Assembly: GCF_000315625.1 (NCBI RefSeq)
Contig: NW_005434651.1
Location: 354,045-418,044 of the forward strand
Direction: 5' to 3'
Origin: Guillardia theta CCMP2712
Taxonomy: Eukaryota > Protista > Cryptophyta
Length of the DNA: 64,000 nt
The stretch's first letter is position 1. The number at the start of each line of letters is the position of its first letter. The position numbers and the translations under genes are program-made. Positions 1 to 12,700 of this stretch are shown here, in pieces. Under the pieces are notes generated by a model that worked only from the letters and a program-made list of their open reading frames with translations, did no database searches and had not been told where the DNA came from.

Positions 1-202
1 TCCATCTCGCTCTCGGCTTGATTTGCAGTCACCTCGTCGTCATAGGAGCCTCCGCTCGCAGCTGAGACGCTCGTCACTTCCACTCTCTCCACTCGCAGTG
101 AGCAAGACGAGGAGGCGAGAGCTCCGAAGGACGATGAGACCATTCCATCCTCGCATGCTCGACAGATTCTCTACATCTCCATGAGATTCTAGTCCTCCTC
201 CC

Positions 203-296
<94 letters not shown>

Positions 297-672
297 TCCA
301 TCATCTCCATCATCATCATGAGCAACAGCAGTGCATCTGATATTTTGTACCTCAGCGAGCTCGCTTGGACTCTCCCAGTCGTCGCTCACTTCTATCAGTC
401 AGTCAGTAGAGAAGGAGGAGGAGGAGGACAGAACGACCGTCCGCCGGAGTCTCGCGGGGCAGGAGGAGGCGGTTTGGAGGTAGGACGAGGACGTTGGCTT
501 CGTAGCGAAGGAGAGGAAGAGGAGGAGGAGAGAGAAGGAGAGCTCGTAACAACACAAGACTCTCTGCTGGAGCTCCCGAGGATGAGGTGAGGGCGAGCTG
601 AAAGAGCTGAGAAACCTTCTCTTCTCTGAGCACCTGCTCACACTCTTAAGATCAACTACGCCAGAGGACTGA

Positions 673-712
<40 letters not shown>

Positions 713-3582
713 AGACTGTTGATCACCTCTGAGGAGGAGAGGAGGAAGATGACGCGAAGACAAGCCGGAGGAAGTCCGAGTTGACATCCGCGAAAAATTC
801 GATCGAGCGAATGAGGGGAGGGAGAGGCTAAGAGGGTGAGGGGCTGTGCTTCCAGCTGGAGTTGTGCTGGGTTTCCCTTCATGTCGCTGCTCATCCAAGC
901 AGCGCTGACGGCGATAAGCTCCTTGATCTCCTCCTCCTTCCTTGCCAGCTGCCGGCACACACGCGTGAGCGAGGGCAGAGGAGAAAACTCCCACCTGATC
1001 CTTAAGCTGCTGCTGCTGCTGCTCGGCCATCAACAGCTTATGCTCCAGCTCGCGAGCCTGAAGAGCATAAAACAACAACAAAGAAGAAATCAATAGACAT
1101 TGAGGTAAAAAGGTAAGGTAAGGTGTAAGGTAAGGTAAGGTAAGGTAAGGGAGATCAAGGTGAGGTAAGGTAAGGTAAGGGAGATCAAGGTAAGGTAAGG
1201 TAAGGTAAGGTAGATCAAGGTAAGGTAAGGGAGATCAGTTTGAGTCCTGACCTGAGCCTCTATCATCGTCCCTCGCATATTCGCCGAGCTCAACTTGCTT
1301 CGCTCCTCCTGCAGCAGCTGCAGACTCTCGTCCCTGGTGCGATCTTGCACCGGAGCCTGACCAGCATCAGCCGACAAGAGAAGAAGAAGCAGAAGAGAGC
1401 GAGAGGAATAGCAGGGCCACGAGAGGGGGAGAGAGAAGGGGAGGACACATACCTGCGAGTGAAGTTTGATCTTCTCCATCATTCGATTGTTATATCCCTC
1501 GAGCTCCTGTGTTGCTTATCACTAGAACACAAGGAAAGAATCCAATGTCCTCATCTCTTATCCTCTTCATCCCCTTCTTCTCTTTCCTCCTCCTCCTCCT
1601 CCTTCACTCTCCCCACCCCCCTCCCTGCAATGCCTCGACTGCTTGCTTGCCTTCATCGCTCGCACAGCTTGCTCGCCAGCCTGATCTCTAGAGTCAGAGA
1701 GCTCCCCGCCACCCCAGCAGGACCTCGACAGCCTTGCGCTTCTCCTCCTCCAGCTGAAGCTCGCGCCTGCTGCTGCTCAGCCTCATGGAGCAGATGAAGT
1801 CAAAGACCTTCTGCTCTTCTCCAGCAGACCCTCCAGCTCCGCCAGCTGCTGCAGTTGTGAGCGAAGAGAAGGAGTGAGGGGGTGCGAGACGAGGGGAAGC
1901 AGGAGGAGAGCGAGAGAGTCCTGGGAAGGCAGAAGGGGAAGAGGGAGGAGGACAAGGAGGAGATGTGGAGGGAGCAGAATGCAGAAGAGGTGAAGCAGGG
2001 GAGTTTGTGAGGAAGATGATAGAAGAGGACGAGGATTCGACTTGTTGATTCAGCTTGTGGTTGGTGCTTGTCAACACGCTCTTCTGCTCTTGGAAGAGGC
2101 TGCTACTCGTCAGCGTCGCTGCTGCTGCTGCTGCTGCTGGTGTACCTCTCGCCCCCTGCTCGTACTCGAAGCTCCTCCTGCCCGTGAAGTTTCAGAAGAA
2201 GTGAGAGAGGAGGAGGAAGGGAGCGAATGACCTGCAGCCTTGCAAGCGCCTGCTCCAGCTGTTGCTTCTCTTGCAGGAGAATCTCCTGTGAAACACGTAG
2301 GGGTTAAGGAGAGGGAGGGAGGGGAGGGAGGGAGGGGAGGGGAGGGGAGATCATCGATTCTCGTGCAAAGCCGAGCAGGGCGACAAAAGCGTCTGACAGC
2401 GTGAGGAAAGGAAAGAAAGGACGCAGAGAAAGAGAACGACTCCAGGGGCAGCAGTAGCAGGAGGAGCAGGAGGAGCAGGAGGAGCAGGAGGAGCAGGAGG
2501 AGCAGGAGGATACATAGGCTTGTCGTCGCCCTTGACTGTCTGCTTGAATGTTTGCCGTGCTGGCTGTCAGCTCCTGCCTCACGTCTTACTTGCATCCTCT
2601 CAAGCTGAATGACACACATGGTTGAGCCTCCTCAGATGCTCCTTCTCCGCCCGCAACTCCTCCTGCTCCCCATCATCATCATCTCAATCATCATCTCAAT
2701 CATCCATTAATCATGCCTGGGCTCCCATCAAATCGCGCAGCTCCTTCCTGAGCTCAAAAGCCTGACACAAGTAATCAAGTCAAGCACAAGCTGTTGCTGC
2801 AGCGCCAGGACGAAAAGAAGCATGCTATACAAGCATGCTATACAAGCATGGAAGCTAAAGAAGCATGTGGTGTGATGGCAGGAGTGAGAGGATGGGCTCT
2901 ACCTCGTTCTGACTCGCTTCATGCGAGCGCATCAGCGTTGAGAGCCGATGGTTCTCCTGGGAGAAGAGAGAGTGAGGAGAGGAGAGGAGAGGAGAGGAGA
3001 GGAGAGGAGAGGAGAGGAGAGGAGAGGAGAGGAGAGGAGAGGAGAGGAGAGGAGAGGAGAGGAGAGGAGAGGAGGCACACGGCTTCGAGTCAAGGAGACG
3101 AAGGAGATCGAGAGAGAGAATAAGAAAGAGGAAATTGAAGAGCGAGGGCGATGGCGAGGGCTTCTGTGACCTTTTTCAGCTGCTCCACCTCCTGGTGGAT
3201 CAGTTAGACTCGTGTGTCCCCTTCCTCCTCCTCTGCTCGTCTTTGTCTTCTCCTCTTCCTCCTCTCACCGCCGTCAGAGCTTGCTGCATGCTCTCCAGCT
3301 TCGCTTCAGCTTCTCGAAGTCTCTCGCTCGTCCTCCTCGCCGAGTTGATGGCGGAGTCTCGCTGAGCAGAAAGTTCCACCACCCGCGACACTGACGCCAC
3401 CTCCTGCTGCTGTGCCTGATCGGAGCGTCACTCTCCTCTCACAAGACTCCATCACTATCATCATTATCATCATCTGCATCATCATCTTCATCTCATCATC
3501 TCCATCTCAATCATCTCAATCATCATTATTTCATCATCTCATTCGTCATCATTATCACCATCTCCATCTCCATCATCTCAAT

Positions 3583-3628
<46 letters not shown>

Positions 3629-3632
3629 TCAT

Positions 3633-3668
<36 letters not shown>

Positions 3669-5750
3669 TCATCATCATCATCGTCATCTTAAGCATCATC
3701 ATCGTCTCAATCATGATCATCATCTCAATCATCATCACATTCGTCGTCGTTGTCATCATCATCATCATCATCATCTTAATCATCATCCTCTTAATCGTCA
3801 TCCTCATCATCATCTCAATCATCATCATCATCATCATCATCTCCATCATCTCCATCATCATCATATTTCAATCATCATCGCTATCATCCTCATCATCATC
3901 ATCATAAACATCTCAATAATCATCTCAATCATCATCTCCTCCTCCTCTTCCTCCTCTTTCCGGACCCTCATCTCTTCCTCTATCTGCTTCAACCGCTCAG
4001 ACAGGAGGGTCACGTCACCTGTAGCTCTGCCTGACTGACCACCTCCTGCAGCTGGGCTCGTAGCTGGCTCACCTCCTCACTCCTACTCCTCACCTGCCCA
4101 GCTCGTCACTCCCTCCCTCCTCCTGCACCTCAGACCTCGTGGTCGAGGAACGTGAGCTCCTGCTGCAGCCGCTTGCTGGTGTAGTCCAGCTCCTGAGAAA
4201 GCTCGTCGGTGAAGGCGCAAGGGAACAAGCTAGACGCGGAGAAGACCAGAGGCGGGGAAGAGGAACAGCAGCAGAAGAGACATCAGCAGGAGGAGGAGCA
4301 CCTGCTTCTCCGCTTGTAGCTCGGTCACCTGGCTCGCAAGAAATCTTTTCTCTTCCTGAAAGATTTTTAACTTGCAGGAGACGAGGAGAAGGAAGAGGAG
4401 GAAGAAGAGGAGAAGCAGTGTGCCTGGAGCTGCGAGAGCTCGCGCTCCTGCTGCGCTGCTTGTCTGCTGAGGAGCTGATGCAAGTCGTGAGTACAAGCAA
4501 GACAGAAAAGCGAGTGAAGTACAAGGGAGAGAGATGGGTGAATGGATGGAGGAAAAGGGAGGGAGAAGCAGAGAAGTGAGGGGGAGGAAAAGGGAGGGAG
4601 AAGCAGAGAAGTGAGGGACGTCAGACCTGATTGTTGTTGAGGAGGTTGAGCAGCTCAGCTTCAGCGCTCTATGAGCTCACGAGTCAGGAGAAAGTCAACA
4701 AGAAAGAGAAAGGAAGGAGAAAAGAGAGGAGCCGGTAGGACAAGAAGAGCGGAGGAGGGAAGAGGAAAAGAGAGAGCTACGGAAAGGAGGGGAGCAGCAA
4801 AGGCAGGAGATCATGGCGACCTGACTGCGGCTCTCATACTTCCCCCTCACACTCTGCTGGTCTGCACGGAGCATCTCGACCTGGCAAGAAGTCATCCCTT
4901 CATCCCTCCTGCTACTGTCCTCCGCCTCTGCTGTCTCGCTCTCTCCGTCCTCTCGCCTCCTCTAGCTCTGCTCTCATCACTCGCTACTCCCTCCACTCTT
5001 TCAGCTCATGCCTCGTCACCTCAGCAGTCAAGAGCATCTTCCCTTGCGCAAGGTCGGCGTTGGTCATTCTCATCGCATCACATTCTGCATGGAACTGAGC
5101 GGCAGGAGGAGCAGGAGGAGCAGGAGGAGCAGGAGGAGCAGGAGGAGCAGGAGGAGCAGGAGGAGCAGGAGGTTGAGAGCTTCGCACCAGATCTCAGTTG
5201 AGTCACTTGTACTTGCAGCTTGCTCAGCTCCGCGAGGGTCTGCGAGGGCCTTCAGCTCAACCCCCGCCGGTTTCAAACTCTCACGCTCTCGTCTGCCCTC
5301 CTCCTCGAGAGCTCCAGCTGGTCCTGCAGGTTCCTCACCATGGCCTCTAGCTGAGCATTCTGAGACTCGAGGATGCGAGCCTTGGCTGCCGACATCTCCC
5401 GGGGGTCTCCTCCTCTCCTCTCCTCTCCTCTCCTCTCCTCCTCCCTCGCCTCTCCGTCTCGTCTGTCTCCTTCAAAAGGTCACCGAGACCAGTAATAAGA
5501 GCAAACTTACTCTGGCCGTCTCCTCCTCGCACCTCCCATCCCTCCCACCTCAAATCTCCCACCGAACGCCCTGAAGTGTTTCCCTGCTCAGTCGAAGTGA
5601 ACCTTCCGACCTGCAGCAGCGTTACCGACGTGACGCCAAGCCTCGCAGTCCTCCCCCTCATTTCTCTTCTCCTCCTTGACCCCTCTCCCTACTCCTCTCC
5701 TCTCCGCCTCCTGCACATTCATCTCATCTACTCATCTTCTCTCACATCTT
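1..5750 (-). CDS. Multi-exon coiled-coil protein of unknown function; runs off the window start, 5' end approximate
   Basis: Successive minus-strand exons give heptad-like E/Q/K/L-rich peptides (LKIFQEEKRFLASQVTELQAEKQ; AMRMTNADLAQGKMLLTAEVTRHELKEWRE; LARKEEEIKELIAVSAAW; LREEKVSQLFQLAL). They are separated by GT-AG introns, many filled with microsatellites. Confidence 0.6.
203..320. repeat. (CAT/GAT)n microsatellite inside an intron of the minus-strand gene
   Basis: Direct trinucleotide run lying between a donor near 350 and an acceptor near 190 on the minus strand. Confidence 0.9.
1112..1236. repeat. (GTAAG)n pentamer array with GGAGATCAAG interruptions, intronic
   Basis: Seen directly in the sequence. 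Confidence 0.9.
2974..3074. repeat. (GAGGA)n-type purine microsatellite, intronic
   Basis: Seen directly; it produces spurious EERRG ORFs. Confidence 0.9.
3450..3935. repeat. Degenerate (CAT/CGT)n low-complexity tract, intronic
   Basis: Seen directly; it produces spurious poly-H, poly-M and poly-I ORFs. Confidence 0.9.
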
Positions 5751-6436
5751 CCATCCTGTAGGCAGAGTTGTTTCCTTCATTTCTCCTCGCGTACTCGCCA
5801 ATTCCAGCTGTCATGTTGCCAGCATGCTAGCAAGAAGTTGAGACACAAGGCAAGGTGGTCGCCCTTACTACGTTGGCTGCCTTCCAGGTGGAACCAGCCT
5901 GGTGACGAGAATCAAGCAAGAACGGGGAGATCGAGGAGAAGACAAGAGAGCAGTACAGCGTGTTGCAGGTTCCTGGTGGAAGAAGGGAGAAGAAGCTCGG
6001 ACGACTGCTAGCGGTCAATCCTATGAAGAGGAAGAAACGAGACGAACAGGATGAGAGGTGAAAGCGAATGATGTGTAAGTCGGAGGAAGGAAGCCTGCCA
6101 ACGACACTGATGACTGATCAGAGAACAGCATCAACAAAAGCTTCACCGTCTGTGTTGTCACCAGCAGGAAGAGCTTTGCTTGGCCTCGTGCCTCGAACTG
6201 AAGAGATGTTTCGGCTGATCGCCATGTGGGAGAGAGCAGGCGGCTAAGACACCTGAAGACTTGATGAGATGCGACAGGTGGATGAGGTGGCGACAGAAGT
6301 GAGGAGCGAGAGAGAGGAGGAGGCAGAAGAAACGATGGAAGAGATCACAAGGGAAGGTAAGAGGGATGTAAGGATGGAGGTAATTTGGACACATTATGAA
6401 GGATGGGAGTACTGCAAGTGACGAGATGATCACGAG

Positions 6437-6550
6437 CGAGATGAGGTGTATATGTGCGTATGTGATGTGAAGAGCAACGAGATGAGGTGTATATGTTGGT
6501 ATGTGATGTGAAGAGCAACGAGATGAGGTGTATATGTTGGTATGTGATGT
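6437..6550. repeat. 41-bp tandem repeat, about 2.8 copies (CGAGATGAGGTGTATATGTTGGTATGTGATGTGAAGAGCAA)
   Basis: Copies start at about 6437, 6478 and 6519. Confidence 0.85.
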
Positions 6551-6777
6551 AGTAGTATTGGTATGTGATGTATATGAAGAGCGTTGGTATGTGTGTATCT
6601 TCCTCTCAAGCGACAGCGGGAATTTTGACTAGGCAACGGTCAAACGAGTGAGACAAGCGCGCCTCAGCATCCTCAGCTCTTGCTGTCCTTCTAGAGAGTC
6701 TTAAGATGCTCTGAGGCAGGCTTGTTGATAGCTACCAGTATCCCACTGAGACCGTCATGGCAGGGCTCCGGTGAAGC

Positions 6778-9700
6778 TTGGAAGCGGGCGAGGGCGCGAT
6801 GGGGAGGAGAGAGGAGGAGGAGGAGGAGGAGGAAGCGGCACGACCTGACCTCACTGCTGAGGAAGAGCAGTCTCTGAGCCCAGCGACTGGCAGAGACGAG
6901 CCGGGAGGTCAAGCGACGCTTGTGGTGAAGGTGCTGGAGGGGAAGGAGTTGATGGCAGCGGATAGATCCGGGACGTCGGATCCGTACGCCATCGTTGAGT
7001 ATGGACGTGCGAAGAAACAAACACGAACTGTGAAGAAGGATTTGAATCCTGAGTGGAACGAAACTTTCTACCTGGACTTCAACGCAAAAGCAGAGAAAGT
7101 CTCGATAGAAGTGTACGACTATGACTTGATTGGGAGCCACGACTTTCTGGGGCGAGTGGAGATAAGCATGAGTGAGATGAAGATGGAGGCAGTGGTTCAA
7201 GACTGGTTCGACCTCAAGGTGACGTGCCTTCACTCACTCGCTGGATTTGACCCTACGCAGCCTCGTCCCTCGAAGAACGAGATCGTTTCTGGGAGCCTTC
7301 ACCTGTACCTCGCCATAATCCCCAAAGACAGAGAAGCCGATCTGAATCTGGGATTGGATGCTCATTCATGGCTTGATCTTGACTCCTTTCGAGCTAAGGG
7401 ACATGAAAGAAAGTATCACACCATCCGGATGTACTTTGCATCGACCTTTGCTGATTTTCAAGTTGAGTTTGAATCTCTGTATACGAGTGTATTTCCAAAG
7501 CTCTCTACTCTATGTCAGTTGCATGGGTACGAGTTCATTCCTGGTAGAAGCTTGTGAGGCAGATCAAGAGCTGACTTGGACTGCAGTGGTCATGCGGTAC
7601 GGCATGGATGAACGGATGGATAAGATGTATGCTCTCGATCCTCGGGTAGCTAGACTCTGCTTCCATGAGATCGCAGAGTGCAGGAGGTACTGCTGGCAGT
7701 TTCACTCGTTCTGTCTTGAAGCCTCCTCTCTCTCCCAGGATATCCCCCCGAGCAAACTTCTGCGCTTTGATTGGAGATAGATACGGGTCGTCACCGCTTC
7801 CCCCGTCCTTGGACAAGAACGAGTACATGGCCATCTTATCTCACGTGGAGGAGCAGAAGGAGGAAGAGCTCTACCAGCTCCTGGAGAGATGGCACGAAAT
7901 GTTCATGCCTCTCGCTCGCCCTCTGAACCTCTGCAGGTATAAGTTGGACGAGAATCAGTCCCCCAACCGGGTGCTCCTTCAGAGCGCGGACGGCAAGATC
8001 TCACCTTCCGCCGGCCCTGGAACTTCTGAGCACAAAGAGTGGGAGAGCATCGAGAGAAAACTGTTCGAAGGTCTTTACAAGAGCTCAAAACAAGTGCTGT
8101 TGGTGACAATCCTAGAGCGAATGTGATTGTGTTGATCAGGTACTTGCTTCCTTCCGAGTCGAAAAGTATGAGATTTCTTTGTTTGAACAAGTATAGGATA
8201 TTGTTATGATTGTGTTTTGATTGGATATCAATGGTTGTGATAGGAACTGTCACTTGGAATCCTACTACCAGAGGATTCAGCAGAGCACACACTATGCGTG
8301 ATTCGATCGGTTTCAAACATGCGAATAGTCAATACGAATGCAGCAAAATACATCGATGTCGCCAAGAGACGCGGAGACAGCATCGTCAATGAGTTGAAGG
8401 AGGTAGAATTGCTTCGTGCGCTGACATGGCACTGAAAGTGTTCAGATTCGACCTGAGATGGTAGACGAGTCTCGTAGAAATCAAATGATCAGATTGAAAG
8501 AACGGATTGCAAGAAAGATTGGAAACAGGCATGTTCTCAATCATCTTCTCAATCATATTCTCAATCATATTCTCAATCAACTTCTCAATCAACTTCTCAA
8601 TCAATTTCTCAATCATCTTCTCACAGTCTATCTGCTTTTTCATGTGCCCGCAGTCTGACAGCCTTCAAGGTGTCTGCCTCTCGTGGGTCAATGGCAGGGA
8701 TGGACCATAGGCAGCGAGCACATCCAAGAATTGTGCGAGTCAGTCTACGAAGGTCTGCGCCCAGTGCTGGTGCAGGTGGTCGCGAGCTCAGGGCGGGAGG
8801 GTCTGCCTGACGGCGAGCAGGAGATGAGAAGATACCCGAGGTACAGCCTGCGGCGAGAGGAGGTGTGGGAGCACAAGCAGCAGCTCAAGCTCTGCCTCGA
8901 TGAGATGGTGAAGGCACCCAGACATGCGCCGGCGCTGAGCTGAAGACGCAGGAGCGACGAGAAGGGAAGGTGATGGAGAGAACCTTGGATTCGCTCCTTC
9001 GATACCTGAGAAGGAAGAGCGACGGCAACCTTGCGCCTTGCTTGCTCTACGGCTGCGAAGGAAGCGGTCACTCATCAGGTGATAGCAGATGCTGTTGCTG
9101 ACAGCGCGGACAGGAATGTCTTCCATGCTCGCCAACGTGGCGAAGTGGGCGAAAGAAGAGCTGTCGATAGGATTAGTTCAAGTCTACAGAGACGTGGGGA
9201 GGACGCCGGACTCTCTCAACGGGTGAGCGCAGGAATGAAAGGATGGTCGGTGAAGGCGAGGCAGGTTGAAGCTGCTGCACTCGCTGATGGAGGAGATGAA
9301 GCTTGCGTATCAAGCCTCCTCTGACTCCTCCCTCAACGTCTCTCTCCACGTGCTGGAGGGCAAAGACCTTCCCGCTGCTGATCGCGGGGGGACGTCGGAC
9401 CCCTACCTGGAGGTGAAGATAGGGGACAAGACCGTGACTACCCAGATCCAGATGAAAACTTTGAATCCCGTCTGGGATCAGAAGTTCTACTGGGAGAACG
9501 TGAGGCTCACTGATGTCATTCAGGTGAGCGTGTGGGATTATGACAGGTTCTCCAAGAACGATATGATCGGAACTTGCGAGATCAGCCTCTCCTCTTTCGA
9601 GCTCAACATCGTCAAGGACAGATGGTACTCCGTAGATATGAATAAGCAGGAAGAAAAGAAGAGGCAGTACGAGTACGACATCAATGTCAAAGTCATCGAA

Positions 9701-12700
9701 GCTCAGAATATCATTCCAAGAGCAAATCGAATGGATGTCGATCCGTACATCAAGTTGACGCTGGGAGATCTTGAGGGAAACACTGAGCATAAGAATGACA
9801 GTCAGGACCCTGTTTTTGACGAAGAGTTCAGCTTCAAGGTGAGTGCTGAAGAAGACCTGACGATAGAGTTGTGGGACAAGGGTCTCCAAGACTCTCAAGA
9901 CGTTCTCATGGGGTCTGTGGTGGTGCATACCACTGAGGTCGCTACTGATGCTCCCTATGAAGACTGGCTCGAATTTCTAGACCGAAATGCACGTGCGATC
10001 GGAAAATTGCACGTGGTGATCAACAAGAAGCAAGAAGAGATGGAGGAGGAGGAGGAGGACGTCGATAGTGGACCTCGCGTTCGATTCGTCGTCACTGTCT
10101 CCTCCAACACTGACAACTTGGAGGCGATGCTGGACGGCGGACCTGTGGAGGTGCCTTGTACCTACCTGGAGATGTGCGAGGCGTTCAAGCAGACGATCAG
10201 CAAGGCAACAGCCTCCAAGCCCCTCCTCCTCATGCTCGACGGCCTCGACCGTCTCAGCGAGAAAGACTCCGTGACCTCCATGCGCTGGATGCCTCCTGTC
10301 TTGCCGAGGTACGTCCATGCCGTCTTCACGCTCAACAAGACGGCAGTCGACAATCATGCGCCCGTGTATAAAGTGCTGAAGGATGCAGAGGCAGAGGTCA
10401 TCGAGATGGAATTGTTCAATGCTGAACATGTTCGGACATCGTTGAGCAAACTCTTGACAAAGCAGTCTCCCGTCCGAACTCTCACCAACTCGCAACGAAA
10501 CGCGCTTCTGAACGCGGTAGCTCTCAAGTCTTCTCCCGTGAGGATGCAGCAGCTGGGGAAGTTGGCGAGCATGCTTCCCAGCTATGCAGAGGCAGTGATT
10601 CTGAAAGGAGAAGACTCTATCTTCTTTCAGCTCATCCAGAGCTCCAAGGAGTTCGTCTGCAACGGCCGAGTCGATGAGTTTCGCTTGTGGCGGCTCCTGG
10701 ACTTGTTGTCGCGGTTGCCCTTCGGTTTCAGTGAGACGGAGATCAAGAAGATGCTCGGCGGGGGGATCCATGGGCTCCTGCCGGGCCTCTGCTACGCCGA
10801 AACTATGCTCGCGCTCTCTCCTGTGCTTGCAGAGCGACAGGCAGACGGTCGGCTGGTGTACGCACTGGGCATGAAGACGTTTGCGAAGTTTGTCATCCAG
10901 CACAGAGGGGAGGTAAGCGTTTCCAAAGACCTCCTGCTGTTCTTCCGCGGGCTGCCGAGAATCACGGATGGCAGGCAGCCTGACAGCAGGAGGCTGAGGG
11001 TGCTTGCCGCTCTCACGCGCCGCTTTGAAACAGCAGAGGAGTGGGAGCACTTCCTGACTGACCTCCAGCTCGTCGAGCTCAGGCTGGCGAGCGGTCACTG
11101 GTTCGACCTCGCCAAGGAGCTGAACCAGCATGGCCCCGGGAGGGATGGGGGAGCAGCAGACATCCTGGCGTTCTTGGAAGAGAACGCTCAGACGCTGCAG
11201 GAAGAGCCTCTAAGCATGCTCCAGATGGCTCTCAACATGCCGGATCACACGAGGATCTATGAGAAGGCGATGAAGCTGGAGAGGCAGCGGCGGAAGAAGT
11301 TCTTCGCTGACGAGGCTTGGAGGAAGCTGAAGCATCTCGAGCTGCTTGAGAGGAAGGACAAGACCTTCTCCTTCGCTGAGCTCCAGTCCTTGAGCTCCAT
11401 CCCACTCGAGCTCGCCTGGGACTCGCCTAAGCCCTCGATGCGCTGGGTCAACAAGCCGCAGACTCGCGGACTCTGCAAGCGAACCCTCCACGGGCACCTC
11501 GCCGGCACCTTCGGGGCGGTGTGGGCGCGAGGAGGACGGGGGGTGATATCGTGTTCGGAAGACCGGACCCTCAAGGCCTGGTCAGCCATCACAGGCGAGT
11601 TCCTGCGAGACCTGGGCGAGCACGAGAAAGCAATTCACGTCCTCGCATCCTCTCCGTGGGGTGAGACGTTTGCAAGCGGCAGCGAGGATGGAGTGGTCAA
11701 GGTCTGGTCAGTGAAGGGAGACTCTAACGAGGAGGAGGAGGAGGAGGAGAGCAGCTTCCCCCAAGAGATCCTACGAGTTCAAGCAGCTTCCAGGAGGATC
11801 ACGGGTATCGCCTTTGTGTCACCAACCTCCCTGGCAATCTCGTCGGAGGAGCCTGAAGTGAAGATCATTGAGATCTCGTCGGCGTCTGAGATCGCAACGG
11901 TGGTTCCCTTCAGGCTGGGTGTCTCTTCTATCGACGTCGCTTTCTACAACAACTCGATGCTCCTCGCGACTGCTGGTGGCGATGCTGTCAAGCTCTGGCG
12001 TTTACCCACGCTTGACAAGCGAGGCGGGCTATACGGGCACAAGAAGCGAGTGAGTGCGGTCAGGTTCTGCCCGTCAGCTCCAGTAGCAGCGACCGGCTCG
12101 TGGGACAGCAGCGTCATGGTGTGGGCTCAGAGCTCCCCGCTCGTGTGGCTCAACGTCCAGGTCCTCTCCGGTCACAGCGACATGGTCCGCTCCCTTGCCT
12201 GGTCTCCTCAAGGCAGCACCCTCGTGTCCGCCTCCTCCGACAAGACCGTCAAGATCTGGAAGGGCTCGGAGGCGCCCGAGGTGTCGGAGTGGAGGCTGGC
12301 GGCGACGATCGATGGACATACGGACGCGGTGACGGATGTGAAGTTTCATCCGCAAGGTCAGACAGTCTTGACGTGCAGCCGCGACAGCAAAGTCAAGCTC
12401 TTCGATACCAACGTTCCCTTCGAGACCTCCCCCGTCGTCTCCCACTCGCTGCCGGTGCTGCTGGCTGCTGTGTGTGGCAAGAAGCAAGTGGCAGTCACGG
12501 TGTCGGAGGATCAGGAGGTGAAGGTGTGGGAGTACACGACAGGCACGTTCCTTGTGTCGCAGAGCTCGAGCCACAGCTCCGGTATCAGTGCGATAGCCCT
12601 GTCGAGCGATGGGAGGTTCGTGCTGACGGGGGGAAGAGATGGGGCGATAAGGAGGCGCGAGATTCAAGGGCTCGCGCCTGCTGGTGTGCAGCAAGAGGTG

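Noticed and set aside
3412-4038. His/Arg-rich, poly-Met, poly-Leu, RS and EERRG ORFs (also 74-325, 2794-3169, 19568-20201, 27613-28262)
   Set aside because: They are translations of intronic or intergenic microsatellites.
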